Below, piece by piece: positions 10,349 through 18,878 of a stretch of 64,000 nucleotides of DNA. Numbering within the stretch: position 1 is the stretch's first letter; each line of letters starts with the position of its first letter. Location: positions 1 to 64,000 of the IMG/VR virus record IMGVR_UViG_3300020037_008176; one strand, 5' to 3'. The notes below the pieces were generated by a model. That model was not told where the DNA came from. It saw only the letters and a list, made by a program, of their open reading frames with translations, and did no database searches. Both the position numbers and the translations under genes were made by a program. Origin of the DNA: a virus. Lineage: Duplodnaviria > Caudoviricetes.

Positions 10349-10488
10349 TTTTTCAATTTTTGAATATTTTTTACATATGTATATCGGAATGTGCCCAAAA
10401 ATATGAGGCATTCTACCGCAATAAATTTATTACACTTTGAAGATCCCTTCGTATTGAGTGTATTTCCAATTAAAAAATTAAGGAAAAA

Positions 10489-11622
10489 ATGAAAACAAAC
10501 AGAGATTTGCTAAGCGAATCAATCGCAGATGCTAAGACTGTAAAAGAAACAGCTTTAGCTAACGCAAAACTTGCTTTGGAAGAACAATTTGCTCCCTACC
10601 TAAAAGAAAAATTATTCGCTAAACTTGCAGAAATGGAAGAAGAAGAAGAAAAAGGAGAGGTAAATGAGGAAATGAACGAAGAAGCAGAAGAAGTTTCTTT
10701 AGATGAACTTTTAGCTGAACTTGAAGAAGGTGAAACTGAAATCAACGAAGCAGAAAAAGAAGAAACTGAAGAAGAAGAATTTGATGTTGCAGAAATGGAC
10801 GAAGAAGAACTTAAAGCTACTATTGAAGATGTAATTAAAGACATGATAGCAGCAGGAGAACTTGAAGCCGGAGATGAAGCAACAGAAGATGAAGAAGTAG
10901 AAGGTGAAGAAGAAGTAGAAGGTGAAGAAACAGAAGAAGAAGAAGAAGATATTAATATCGAAGAACTTTTATCTGAAACTGAAGATGAAACACCAATTGA
11001 AGAAGCAACTATTGAAGAAGGTAAAGGATTAGGTATTTTAAAAGGAATTGGAAGTATGTTCAATCCATTTAAACAACCTGCAGAATTTGTTAAGGAAATG
11101 GAGAAAAAATTAAAAGAAACTCCTGAATTAAAGAATGATGCTGAATTTATGGCTCAATATAAGCTTTTAAAAAGTGTTGCAGGTGTTTCTAGTGCTGCTG
11201 GTTCGTTTACTAGTGGTGGTGGAGCAGGAGAAAAACAATCACGTCTTGAAGAAGCTGATAAAGAAAAAGAATTAGAAGAACAATTAAATCTAGTTAAAAC
11301 TCTTAGATCAGAACTTACTGAGACTAATTTGTTAAATGCAAAACTTCTTTACACTAACAAAATCTTCCGTAGTAAAACGTTAACAGAAGCTCAAAAAGTT
11401 AAAGTGTTAACGGCATTTGATAAAGCAACATCTAAGAAAGAAGTTGAATTAGTTTATGAAACTTTACAAGAAAGCTTTAAAGTATCTACTTTAACAAAAG
11501 CTCCAATTAAAGAATCATTAAGTTCAGCATCAAAAGCATTAGGTACAGCTAAATCAGCTCCTATTATTGAAAATGATGTTTTCTCACGTATGAGAGAATT
11601 AGCTTTTGGTAATAAAAAATAA
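10489..11622 (+). CDS. Prohead scaffold/core protein (gp22-like)
   Basis: Very acidic coiled-coil with many xxE sites directly upstream of the capsid gene. Confidence 0.85.
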   Translation: MKTNRDLLSESIADAKTVKETALANAKLALEEQFAPYLKEKLFAKLAEMEEEEEKGEVNEEMNEEAEEVSLDELLAELEEGETEINEAEKEETEEEEFDVAEMDEEELKATIEDVIKDMIAAGELEAGDEATEDEEVEGEEEVEGEETEEEEEDINIEELLSETEDETPIEEATIEEGKGLGILKGIGSMFNPFKQPAEFVKEMEKKLKETPELKNDAEFMAQYKLLKSVAGVSSAAGSFTSGGGAGEKQSRLEEADKEKELEEQLNLVKTLRSELTETNLLNAKLLYTNKIFRSKTLTEAQKVKVLTAFDKATSKKEVELVYETLQESFKVSTLTKAPIKESLSSASKALGTAKSAPIIENDVFSRMRELAFGNKK

Positions 11623-11662
11623 TTAAAATAAATTAACTTAAAAAACAAACAATTAATTAAAC

Positions 11663-13324
11663 ATGAATTCAATTCAATCATTATTGGAATCAGCTAATCC
11701 ATGGAAATCACTTCAAAGTGATGCTTCTAAACTAGCTACCAAATGGTCTAAAACAGGTCTTTTGGAAGGATTTGGTTCAGATACTGAGCGTAACAATATG
11801 GCTCTTATTCTTGAAAACCAAGCAAAACAATTAGTAGTAGAAACTAGTCAAACTGGTGCTGGTTCATCAGCAGGTTCATTTACAGTAGGTCAATCTGAAA
11901 ATTGGGCTGGAATTGCATTACCTTTAGTACGTAAAGTATTTGGTCAAATTGCAGCTAAAGAATTTATCTCAGTTCAACCAATGAACTTACCTTCAGGTCT
12001 TGTGTTTTTCTTAGATTTCCAATATGGAACTAATGTTAACCCATTCTCTTCAGGTAATTCTTTATATGGTGATCGTAGTGCAAATGGTCGTTTCCCATTC
12101 CAAACAACTGATACAAAAGGTGGTTTATATGGTGCAGGACGTTTTGCATATTCTACTAACCAAACATCATCAACAGTTAGTGCTACAGTTGCAACAGCTT
12201 CTTGGGCTAGTGTGATGTATGATTCAGCTTTATCAGCTTCTGCTGCTAGAAATGAAATTAAATCATTCACAGTTTCAACAGGTAGTATTCCTAACTTTGA
12301 TATCGAAGGTATCCGTGCATTCGTATTAACTTCTGGTTCTGCTGCTACAGTAGCTAAATCATTACCTGCATTTACATCATTTGATGGTGCGGCAAGTATT
12401 ATTTTCTACTTCACAGCTTCAACTGCTGAAACTAATGGAACAGGAACTTCTGCAGGAAGTACACTTTATTACAACAAAGCTACTGCTGATAACAACCGTG
12501 GTGATTTTGAAGATACATCAGCTCCTTCATTCTCAGTACCGAATGCTCAAAGTGCAAGCACAATTGTAATTCCAGAAATCAACATCAAGATGCAATCTCA
12601 AGCTATCACTGCTAAAACTAAAAAATTAAAAGCAGTATGGACTCCTGAATTTGCTCAAGATTTAAATGCTTACCAAAACATTGATGCTGAAGCGGAATTA
12701 ACTAACATCATGAGTGAATACATTTCAATGGAAATTGATTTGGAAATCTTAGATATGTTAATTGAAGATGCTGATGCAGCAACTGAATATTGGTCAGTAG
12801 TTAACAATACTACTTTAAATGCAGGTGGTACAGATTTCACAGCAAGTTTAGGTTACTACAACACTCAAGGTGGTTGGTTCCAAACACTTGGTACTAAAAT
12901 GCAAAAAGTAAGTAACAAGATTCACCAATTAACTTTAAGAGGTGGTGCTAATTTCTTAGTATGTTCTCCAACAGTAGCAACAGTTTTAGAATCAATCCCA
13001 GGATTTGCTTCTAACTCTAATGGTGATGCTGCTAACATGGAATATGCAATGGGTGTTCAAAAAGTAGGTCAAATCAACAACCGTTACACAGTTTATAAGA
13101 ACCCATATATGACTGAAAACGTAATCTTGATGGGATTCAGAGGTAAACAATTCCTTGAATCAGGTGCTGTTTTTGCTCCATATATTCCATTGATCATGAC
13201 ACCACTTGTGTACGATCCAACAACTTTCACTCCACGTAAAGGTTTAATGACTCGTTACGCTAAGAAAATGTTAAGACCAGAATTTTATGGTAAGATTTAT
13301 GTTAGTGGTTTAACAACTCTATAA
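11663..13324 (+). CDS. Major capsid protein (T4 gp23-like)
   Basis: ILENQ, LPLVRKVF, VQPMNLPSGLVFFL, KTKKLKAVWTPEFAQDL, APYIPL, P-x-KGLMTRY; strong codon bias. Confidence 0.97.
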   Translation: MNSIQSLLESANPWKSLQSDASKLATKWSKTGLLEGFGSDTERNNMALILENQAKQLVVETSQTGAGSSAGSFTVGQSENWAGIALPLVRKVFGQIAAKEFISVQPMNLPSGLVFFLDFQYGTNVNPFSSGNSLYGDRSANGRFPFQTTDTKGGLYGAGRFAYSTNQTSSTVSATVATASWASVMYDSALSASAARNEIKSFTVSTGSIPNFDIEGIRAFVLTSGSAATVAKSLPAFTSFDGAASIIFYFTASTAETNGTGTSAGSTLYYNKATADNNRGDFEDTSAPSFSVPNAQSASTIVIPEINIKMQSQAITAKTKKLKAVWTPEFAQDLNAYQNIDAEAELTNIMSEYISMEIDLEILDMLIEDADAATEYWSVVNNTTLNAGGTDFTASLGYYNTQGGWFQTLGTKMQKVSNKIHQLTLRGGANFLVCSPTVATVLESIPGFASNSNGDAANMEYAMGVQKVGQINNRYTVYKNPYMTENVILMGFRGKQFLESGAVFAPYIPLIMTPLVYDPTTFTPRKGLMTRYAKKMLRPEFYGKIYVSGLTTL

Positions 13325-13353
13325 TAAATTAACATAATAGTGTTAAAAGATAA

Positions 13354-13381
13354 GGCCGAGCTCAGCTCGGCTTTTCTTTTT
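13354..13381 (+). terminator. Intrinsic terminator after capsid gene
   Basis: GCCGAGC-tca-GCTCGGC followed by ttttcttttt. Confidence 0.9.
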
Positions 13382-13403
13382 CTTATATATTTTCAAAAAT
13401 CCC

Positions 13404-13434
13404 TTGGAAATACAATATACTTATTATATATTAA
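13404..13434 (+). promoter_or_regulatory. Bacteroidota-type sigma70-like promoter TTG-N20-TATATTAA
   Basis: Same spacing recurs at 26748, 36782, 38661, 46816 and 58728; resembles the -33 TTTG / -7 TAnnTTTG consensus. Confidence 0.65.
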
Positions 13435-13459
13435 ATAAAAAATTAATATTATTAACAAA

Positions 13460-14374
13460 ATGAAAGAAACACCATCTCAACTTAACATACCTAGTTATGT
13501 AATGAATTTCCCATTCACTCTATCTGCTGCTAACCCAAATAATGTATGGATGGAAGAATTAAAACCAGAAGAGTTAGAAATTAATAAACCTAAAGCATAT
13601 AAACAATTTATGGATTTATATACTTTTATGGCTGGACAAGGATTAGTTTATATTTTACCTAGTAAAGGTGATTTTCAAGATCAAGTTTATGTTGCCAATT
13701 TAGGTTTACATTTACCTCATATTAAAGATCGTAATGTAATGTTATTATCTAATTATACATCTGAACCAAGACGCGGTGAAGAATGGGTTGGAAAAGAATT
13801 TTATGATATGATGGGATATGAAACATTTATTTGCCCATATAAATGGGAAGGAGAAGCAGATCTTAAATATTTAAAAGATAACATTTATATTGGAGGATAT
13901 GGTCAACGCTCAACTCTAGAAGCATATGAATGGATGGAGAAAAATTTTGATATGAAAATTATCAAATTAGAAATGGTTGAACCATATTTATATCATTTAG
14001 ATTGTTCTATATTTCCTGTAACAAATGATAAAACAATGGTATGTACTTCTTTATATAATGAAAATGAATTAAAAGAACTAAAAAAATATACTAAAATTAT
14101 AGATATAAATGAAGATGATGCTTTTGGAGGAATCACCAATTCAGTAAGAATGGGTAACATGATTTTATGTTCATCAAATATATCTGAATTATCAAAAGGG
14201 GAAGAATTATATGAATTGGAAAAACATAAAATTGACACTTTAGAAAAGATATGTGGAGATGAAGGTATGGAACCAATCATATTCAACTTATCAGAATTTA
14301 TGAAATCTGGAGCTCTTTTGTCTTGCTGTGTACAACACTTAAATCGTGTTGATATAAACAAAAAACTTATCTAA
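13460..14374 (+). CDS. Amidinotransferase / arginine dihydrolase-like guanidino-modifying (pentein) enzyme
   Basis: NNVWM, DQVYVAN, RRGE, WEGEAD, YHLDC, SEFMKSGALLSCC motifs with catalytic His/Cys retained. Confidence 0.85.
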   Translation: MKETPSQLNIPSYVMNFPFTLSAANPNNVWMEELKPEELEINKPKAYKQFMDLYTFMAGQGLVYILPSKGDFQDQVYVANLGLHLPHIKDRNVMLLSNYTSEPRRGEEWVGKEFYDMMGYETFICPYKWEGEADLKYLKDNIYIGGYGQRSTLEAYEWMEKNFDMKIIKLEMVEPYLYHLDCSIFPVTNDKTMVCTSLYNENELKELKKYTKIIDINEDDAFGGITNSVRMGNMILCSSNISELSKGEELYELEKHKIDTLEKICGDEGMEPIIFNLSEFMKSGALLSCCVQHLNRVDINKKLI

Positions 14375-14422
14375 TTTTTAATTTATCTTACATATTTATA
14401 ACCGTACAGTTAAATATGAAGA

Positions 14423-15148
14423 ATGAAAACAAAAATTTATTTAGTAACTAATATTGATAACAATCCATTTAAAGTTTACATAGGAAAAACTAAAAATTGT
14501 AGAAAAAATAATCATGAGTTAACTTATGGAAAACAAATTAATTATGATTATATAGATGAAGTTGATAGTTTAGATTATAAAGATTATGGACCTATAGAAT
14601 GTTTTTGGATAGAACAATTTAAACAATGGGGATTTGAAGTAATTAATAATAATGAAGGAGGAGGTGGTCCTTCAAAATGGAGTGATGAGTTATTAAATAG
14701 TGAAGAGAATAGATTACGAAAAGAAAAAATAAGTAATAATAAAGAAAGAGCTAAAAAAATTAGTAGAGCTACTAAAGGAGTTCCATTAACTGAAGAACGT
14801 AAAGCTAAATTAAGAGGACCTAGACCTCATTTAGTAGGTATAAAGAAAAAACCATTAAGTGAAAAAACTAAACAAAAGTTATCTAAGTCATTAAAAGGAA
14901 GACCATCTCCAAGAAAAGGAACTGAAGTTGGAGATAAACAAAAACAAGGTATAGTTGAAGCTAATAGTAAACCAATTCTTCAATATGATTTAGAAGATAA
15001 TTTTATTAAAGAATTTAAATCAAAAGCTGAAGCTAGTAGAGTATTAAATATAAAATTACATTATATTAATAATTGTTTAAAAGAAAAAATAGATAATATA
15101 AATGAATTCAAATTTAAATATAAAACAAATGAAAAAAGTATTAATTAA
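14423..15148 (+). CDS. GIY-YIG-like homing endonuclease with NUMOD3/NUMOD1 repeats
   Basis: KIYLV...VYIGKT, E-x-FWI, N; LSEKTKQKLSKSLKG; KPILQYDLEDNFIKEFKSKAEASR. Confidence 0.85.
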   Translation: MKTKIYLVTNIDNNPFKVYIGKTKNCRKNNHELTYGKQINYDYIDEVDSLDYKDYGPIECFWIEQFKQWGFEVINNNEGGGGPSKWSDELLNSEENRLRKEKISNNKERAKKISRATKGVPLTEERKAKLRGPRPHLVGIKKKPLSEKTKQKLSKSLKGRPSPRKGTEVGDKQKQGIVEANSKPILQYDLEDNFIKEFKSKAEASRVLNIKLHYINNCLKEKIDNINEFKFKYKTNEKSIN

Positions 15149-15488
15149 ACTAAACCAAATTAGCAAAAATGAGAGAATTTACAAACCTGAAATTCTTGAA
15201 TCATTTTTAAATAAAGAATATTTTGGAGAAATAAACCATCCTGATAATTCTGTAGTAAATGTAAAAAAAATTTCTCACAAGATAAATAATTTAGAAATTA
15301 AAGATAATGAATTATTAGGAGAAGTTGAAATATTAAATACCCCTGAGGGTAATAAATTAAAAGAGATTGGAATTGAAAATGTAGTATTTCGCCCTAGAGG
15401 ATTTGGAAACATCAATGAAAATAAAGAAGTTGAAAATTACGAATTAATAGCTTTTGATGCTATCCTAAAATATTCAGATCCTTTTTAA
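15129..15488 (+). CDS. Degenerate paralogue of the prohead protease
   Basis: KNERIY, FGEINHP, ISH, EILNTPEG, FRPRGFG, LIAFD align with gp21 motifs; likely start MKKVLIK at 15129. Confidence 0.8.
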   Translation: MKKVLIKLNQISKNERIYKPEILESFLNKEYFGEINHPDNSVVNVKKISHKINNLEIKDNELLGEVEILNTPEGNKLKEIGIENVVFRPRGFGNINENKEVENYELIAFDAILKYSDPF

Positions 15489-15489
15489 T

Positions 15490-16206
15490 ATGAGTAAACC
15501 ACTAGAACAATGGCTTGATGAAGATGTTGCTAAATGCGACAAAATGTCTATTAATAAATTATCACATGAATATTTCTTTAGAGACCCAGCTCGCCCAAAT
15601 TATATAGACAACGAACATTTTTATTCACCAGCAGATGGGGTAATTTTATATCAAAAATTTGTTCAACCAACTGAGAAGATTGTTGAAATTAAAGGTATAA
15701 ATTATACTTTACAAGATGTAATGGGGGATAAAGAATATAATAAACCATCTTTAGTTATAGGTATATTTATGTCATTTTATGATGTACATATTAACAGGAT
15801 TCCTTATGGTGGTGTATTAAAATATAAAAAATTAGAACCAATTGAGTCTACTAATAGACCAATGTTATCAATTGAAAAAGACATTTTAAATGCGGCTATT
15901 AATCCTGATAATATGGATTATGTAAAATACAATGAACGCATGTTAAACGATGTTTATGCGACTTCAATCGATTATAAATACCATATAATACAACTTGGAG
16001 ATGAAGATGTAGATGTTATTGTTCCATTTACAATTAATCAAAATAATTTATTTACTCAAAATCAAAGATTTAGTCTAATAAGATGGGGAAGCCAATGTGA
16101 ATTAGTTTTACCTTTAGATGATAGATTTGAATTTGATTTATGTCAAAAAGATACTTATCATGTTGAAGCTGGAGTTGATCCTTTAGTAAAGATTAAATTT
16201 AAATAA
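15490..16206 (+). CDS. Phosphatidylserine-decarboxylase-fold pyruvoyl enzyme, no membrane anchor
   Basis: FFRDP-x-R, SPADG, IFMSFYDVHINRIP, IRWGSQ (G|S autocleavage site). Confidence 0.85.
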   Translation: MSKPLEQWLDEDVAKCDKMSINKLSHEYFFRDPARPNYIDNEHFYSPADGVILYQKFVQPTEKIVEIKGINYTLQDVMGDKEYNKPSLVIGIFMSFYDVHINRIPYGGVLKYKKLEPIESTNRPMLSIEKDILNAAINPDNMDYVKYNERMLNDVYATSIDYKYHIIQLGDEDVDVIVPFTINQNNLFTQNQRFSLIRWGSQCELVLPLDDRFEFDLCQKDTYHVEAGVDPLVKIKFK

Positions 16207-16234
16207 AATATTAATATTTATTAATAAAAATTAT

Positions 16235-16918
16235 ATGTCTCAAAATAATAATGAAGATGTTTTCAAAGAAAAAAGAAAACCAAAAGGAGAAATTAATTTT
16301 CATATGTCTCTTAACGAAGAACAAAAAGTTGCAAAACAAATAATTTTAGACAATCCTGTTACATTATTAAAAGGAATGGCAGGTTCAGGAAAAACATTAT
16401 TAGCATGTCAAATAGCTTTAGATTTAGTATTTAAAAGAGAAATGGATAAAATAGTAATTACTCGTCCAACTGTATCTAAAGAAGAAATTGGTTTTTTACC
16501 TGGTGATTTAAAAGAAAAAATGGATCCATGGTTAGCCCCTATATATGCTAACTTATATTTACTATATAATAAAGAAAAAATAGATAAAATGGTTCAAGAA
16601 AATCAAATTGAAATTGTACCATTTGCATTTATGAGAGGAAGAACGTTTCCTAATAGTTTTATTATAGTTGATGAATGTCAAAATATTACACATACCCAAA
16701 CTGAAATGATGTTAGGTCGTTTAGGTAGAGGAGGTAAAATGGTATTTTGTGGAGATTTAGCTCAAGTAGATTTAAAAAGCAAAAAAGATTCAGGTATTGG
16801 ATTCTTCCCTCGTTTAGAAGAAAGAATTAAAGGAGTAAAAATAGTTAATTTAAAGAAAAATCATAGACATGAAATTGTAGAGGATATATTAAAAACATAT
16901 GAAGAATTTCGAGATTAA
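16235..16918 (+). CDS. phoH: PhoH family ATPase
   Basis: GMAGSGKT, TRP, IGFLPGDLKEKMDPW, MRGRTF, IVDECQN, GDLAQ-D, RH. Confidence 0.96.
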   Translation: MSQNNNEDVFKEKRKPKGEINFHMSLNEEQKVAKQIILDNPVTLLKGMAGSGKTLLACQIALDLVFKREMDKIVITRPTVSKEEIGFLPGDLKEKMDPWLAPIYANLYLLYNKEKIDKMVQENQIEIVPFAFMRGRTFPNSFIIVDECQNITHTQTEMMLGRLGRGGKMVFCGDLAQVDLKSKKDSGIGFFPRLEERIKGVKIVNLKKNHRHEIVEDILKTYEEFRD

Positions 16919-16966
16919 TCATTGGTTTAATCGTACATTATTAATTCTGCAAAATTAGTAATGTTG

Positions 16967-16997
16967 AAAGTTATCCTAACCACGGATAACTTTTTTT
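16967..16997 (+). terminator. Intrinsic terminator after phoH
   Basis: AAAGTTATCC-taaccac-GGATAACTTT followed by T-run. Confidence 0.88.
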
Positions 16998-17030
16998 CTC
17001 TCTTATAATATTTATAACAAAATATATTTT

Positions 17031-17411
17031 ATGGCTGCAGGTAGATATTCTTTCGTAATAGAACAAGGTTCAACTTTAAATTTAGAATTACAATATAAAG
17101 ATGCATCTGGAAATCCCATAGATCTTTCATCATACGGTGGTAGAATGCAAATTCGTCCAACACAACCATCTTCTACAGTATATATTACCTTAAGTAGTTC
17201 TCTTCAACCTGATGGAACTGGATTAAATTTTAGTGGTTCAAATAATGCAACCCCTCCTACATCTGGTTCTATAGGAATATTCATTTCAGCTATATCATCA
17301 TCATTACTAGATTTTGATTCAGGAGTATATGATTTAGAAATCCATTCAGGAAGTATAGTAACAAGAATTTTAGAAGGACAAATAAAATTATCTAAAGAAG
17401 TAACAAGATAA
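17031..17411 (+). CDS. Virion fibre attachment/adaptor protein (BppU-like beta-sandwich)
   Basis: IEQGST...PIDLSSY-x-GRMQIR...GVYDLEI...RILEG pattern; precedes fibre genes; late motif at 17009. Confidence 0.6.
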   Translation: MAAGRYSFVIEQGSTLNLELQYKDASGNPIDLSSYGGRMQIRPTQPSSTVYITLSSSLQPDGTGLNFSGSNNATPPTSGSIGIFISAISSSLLDFDSGVYDLEIHSGSIVTRILEGQIKLSKEVTR

Positions 17412-18190
17412 TGGTAGACAATAATTGTATAGGGCCAACAAATATTATTCCAAACAACAACCAAGTAATTCTACAGGATAATAATAATTCTATCACTGTA
17501 ACTAATAATAATTGTTGTACTGAGGTTAATATTACTGAACCCATAACTTCTGTTATTCAAGTATTAACAGGTCCTATTGGAGGAGGTGGTGATCCTGGTC
17601 TATCTGGTAGTCAAGGTCCATCTGGATCTTCAGCCCCATTTACATATGTTGGTGGAACCACTTGGAATACTACTAGTAGTATTGAAATAACAGGATCTTT
17701 AACAATAAGTGGTTCTAATACTTTTAAAAATATAGGTCCTACTCAATTCACAGGATCAGTAGATATAACAGGTTCAGGAACATTAAATGGATATGATTTA
17801 TTAACAAGTAATAATACTAGTTCATTTGTTTTAATATCCCAAACAAGTTCTTTTATCCAAAATTCACAGACTAGTTCAATGTCTGTAATGAGTAGTTCTT
17901 TCTCAATTTCATCTAGTTATTATGGAGGAAGTGTTGTAAGTTCTTCATATAGTTTAACTTCATCTATAAGTAATCAATCACTAAGTAGTAGTTATTCATT
18001 AACTGCATCATACGTAGCAAATGCATCTTCATTTCCATATACTGGAAGTGCAATTATAACTGGAAGTTTAGAAGTAACGGGTTCTATTTCTATTACTGGA
18101 AGTTTGATTTTAAATGAAAATGATTTAGAAACCCAAATTACAGATTTACAATCATCTATGAATTTATTTAATTATTATAATTTTATGTAA
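17411..18190 (+). CDS. Ser-rich fibre shaft protein
   Basis: Short collagen-like G-x-x run, repeated ITGSL and SSSY/TASY units. Confidence 0.65.
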   Translation: MVDNNCIGPTNIIPNNNQVILQDNNNSITVTNNNCCTEVNITEPITSVIQVLTGPIGGGGDPGLSGSQGPSGSSAPFTYVGGTTWNTTSSIEITGSLTISGSNTFKNIGPTQFTGSVDITGSGTLNGYDLLTSNNTSSFVLISQTSSFIQNSQTSSMSVMSSSFSISSSYYGGSVVSSSYSLTSSISNQSLSSSYSLTASYVANASSFPYTGSAIITGSLEVTGSISITGSLILNENDLETQITDLQSSMNLFNYYNFM

Positions 18191-18191
18191 C

Positions 18192-18446
18192 ATGAAATAC
18201 ACAGCAGAAGATAATCATATAATAATATCTGAAAAAGATACAATAACCAAATACTCTTGTCCTAGTATATATCTAGATGGAGTATATGAAAGTTTTGAAA
18301 CCACATCTAGTAATAATGAATTAGGAATACAACAAATAAAAATAACAAGAAATATTTCAAATGGAATTTGTAATTATGAAATAATTGAAAGTACTATTGA
18401 AGAATTACAAAATTATTTAAATGAAATAAAAATAAATAATATATAA
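18192..18446 (+). CDS. Hypothetical protein in fibre module
   Basis: Tightly packed ORF. Confidence 0.55.
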   Translation: MKYTAEDNHIIISEKDTITKYSCPSIYLDGVYESFETTSSNNELGIQQIKITRNISNGICNYEIIESTIEELQNYLNEIKINNI

Positions 18447-18865
18447 TGGCAATAAATAATAAACCGATTTTTATTAATCAAGGAAATGTAAAGCCTGGAA
18501 GAATTTCATCAGCAAATACAGCATCAGATGGTTCTGGTTCATTAATTACAATAGTAACATCAGACGTTGATGGTACTAGGGTTGATGGAGTTCGATTTAG
18601 AAATTCACAAGCAACCAATGCTGCTTCCTCAGCTATGGTTCATAGAATATTTTTATCAGATACTAATGGAACTAACTATAGATTAGTTGGAGAGATAGTA
18701 ACAGCAGCAGCCACAAGAAGTGCTTTTGCTATTGGCGCAACAAGTATTTATACTTTCGATCAACCAATAGTGATATTATCAGGACAAATTTTAGCAGTTT
18801 GTCAATCAGTTTATGCTGGAGTTCAAGACCAATTTGATGCTTGTCCATTCGCAGGTGATTACTAA
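18446..18865 (+). CDS. Small beta-rich fibre-associated protein
   Basis: ANTASDGSGSL N-terminus, jelly-roll-like pattern, ends GDY. Confidence 0.55.
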   Translation: MAINNKPIFINQGNVKPGRISSANTASDGSGSLITIVTSDVDGTRVDGVRFRNSQATNAASSAMVHRIFLSDTNGTNYRLVGEIVTAAATRSAFAIGATSIYTFDQPIVILSGQILAVCQSVYAGVQDQFDACPFAGDY

Positions 18866-18878
18866 AATTTAAAAAGTT

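Noticed and set aside
10640-11020. GAA-rich low-complexity tract
   Set aside because: Explained by the Glu-rich scaffold protein
12024-12569. Alternative-frame + ORFs inside the capsid gene
   Set aside because: By-product of strong codon bias; no initiation signals or recognisable motifs
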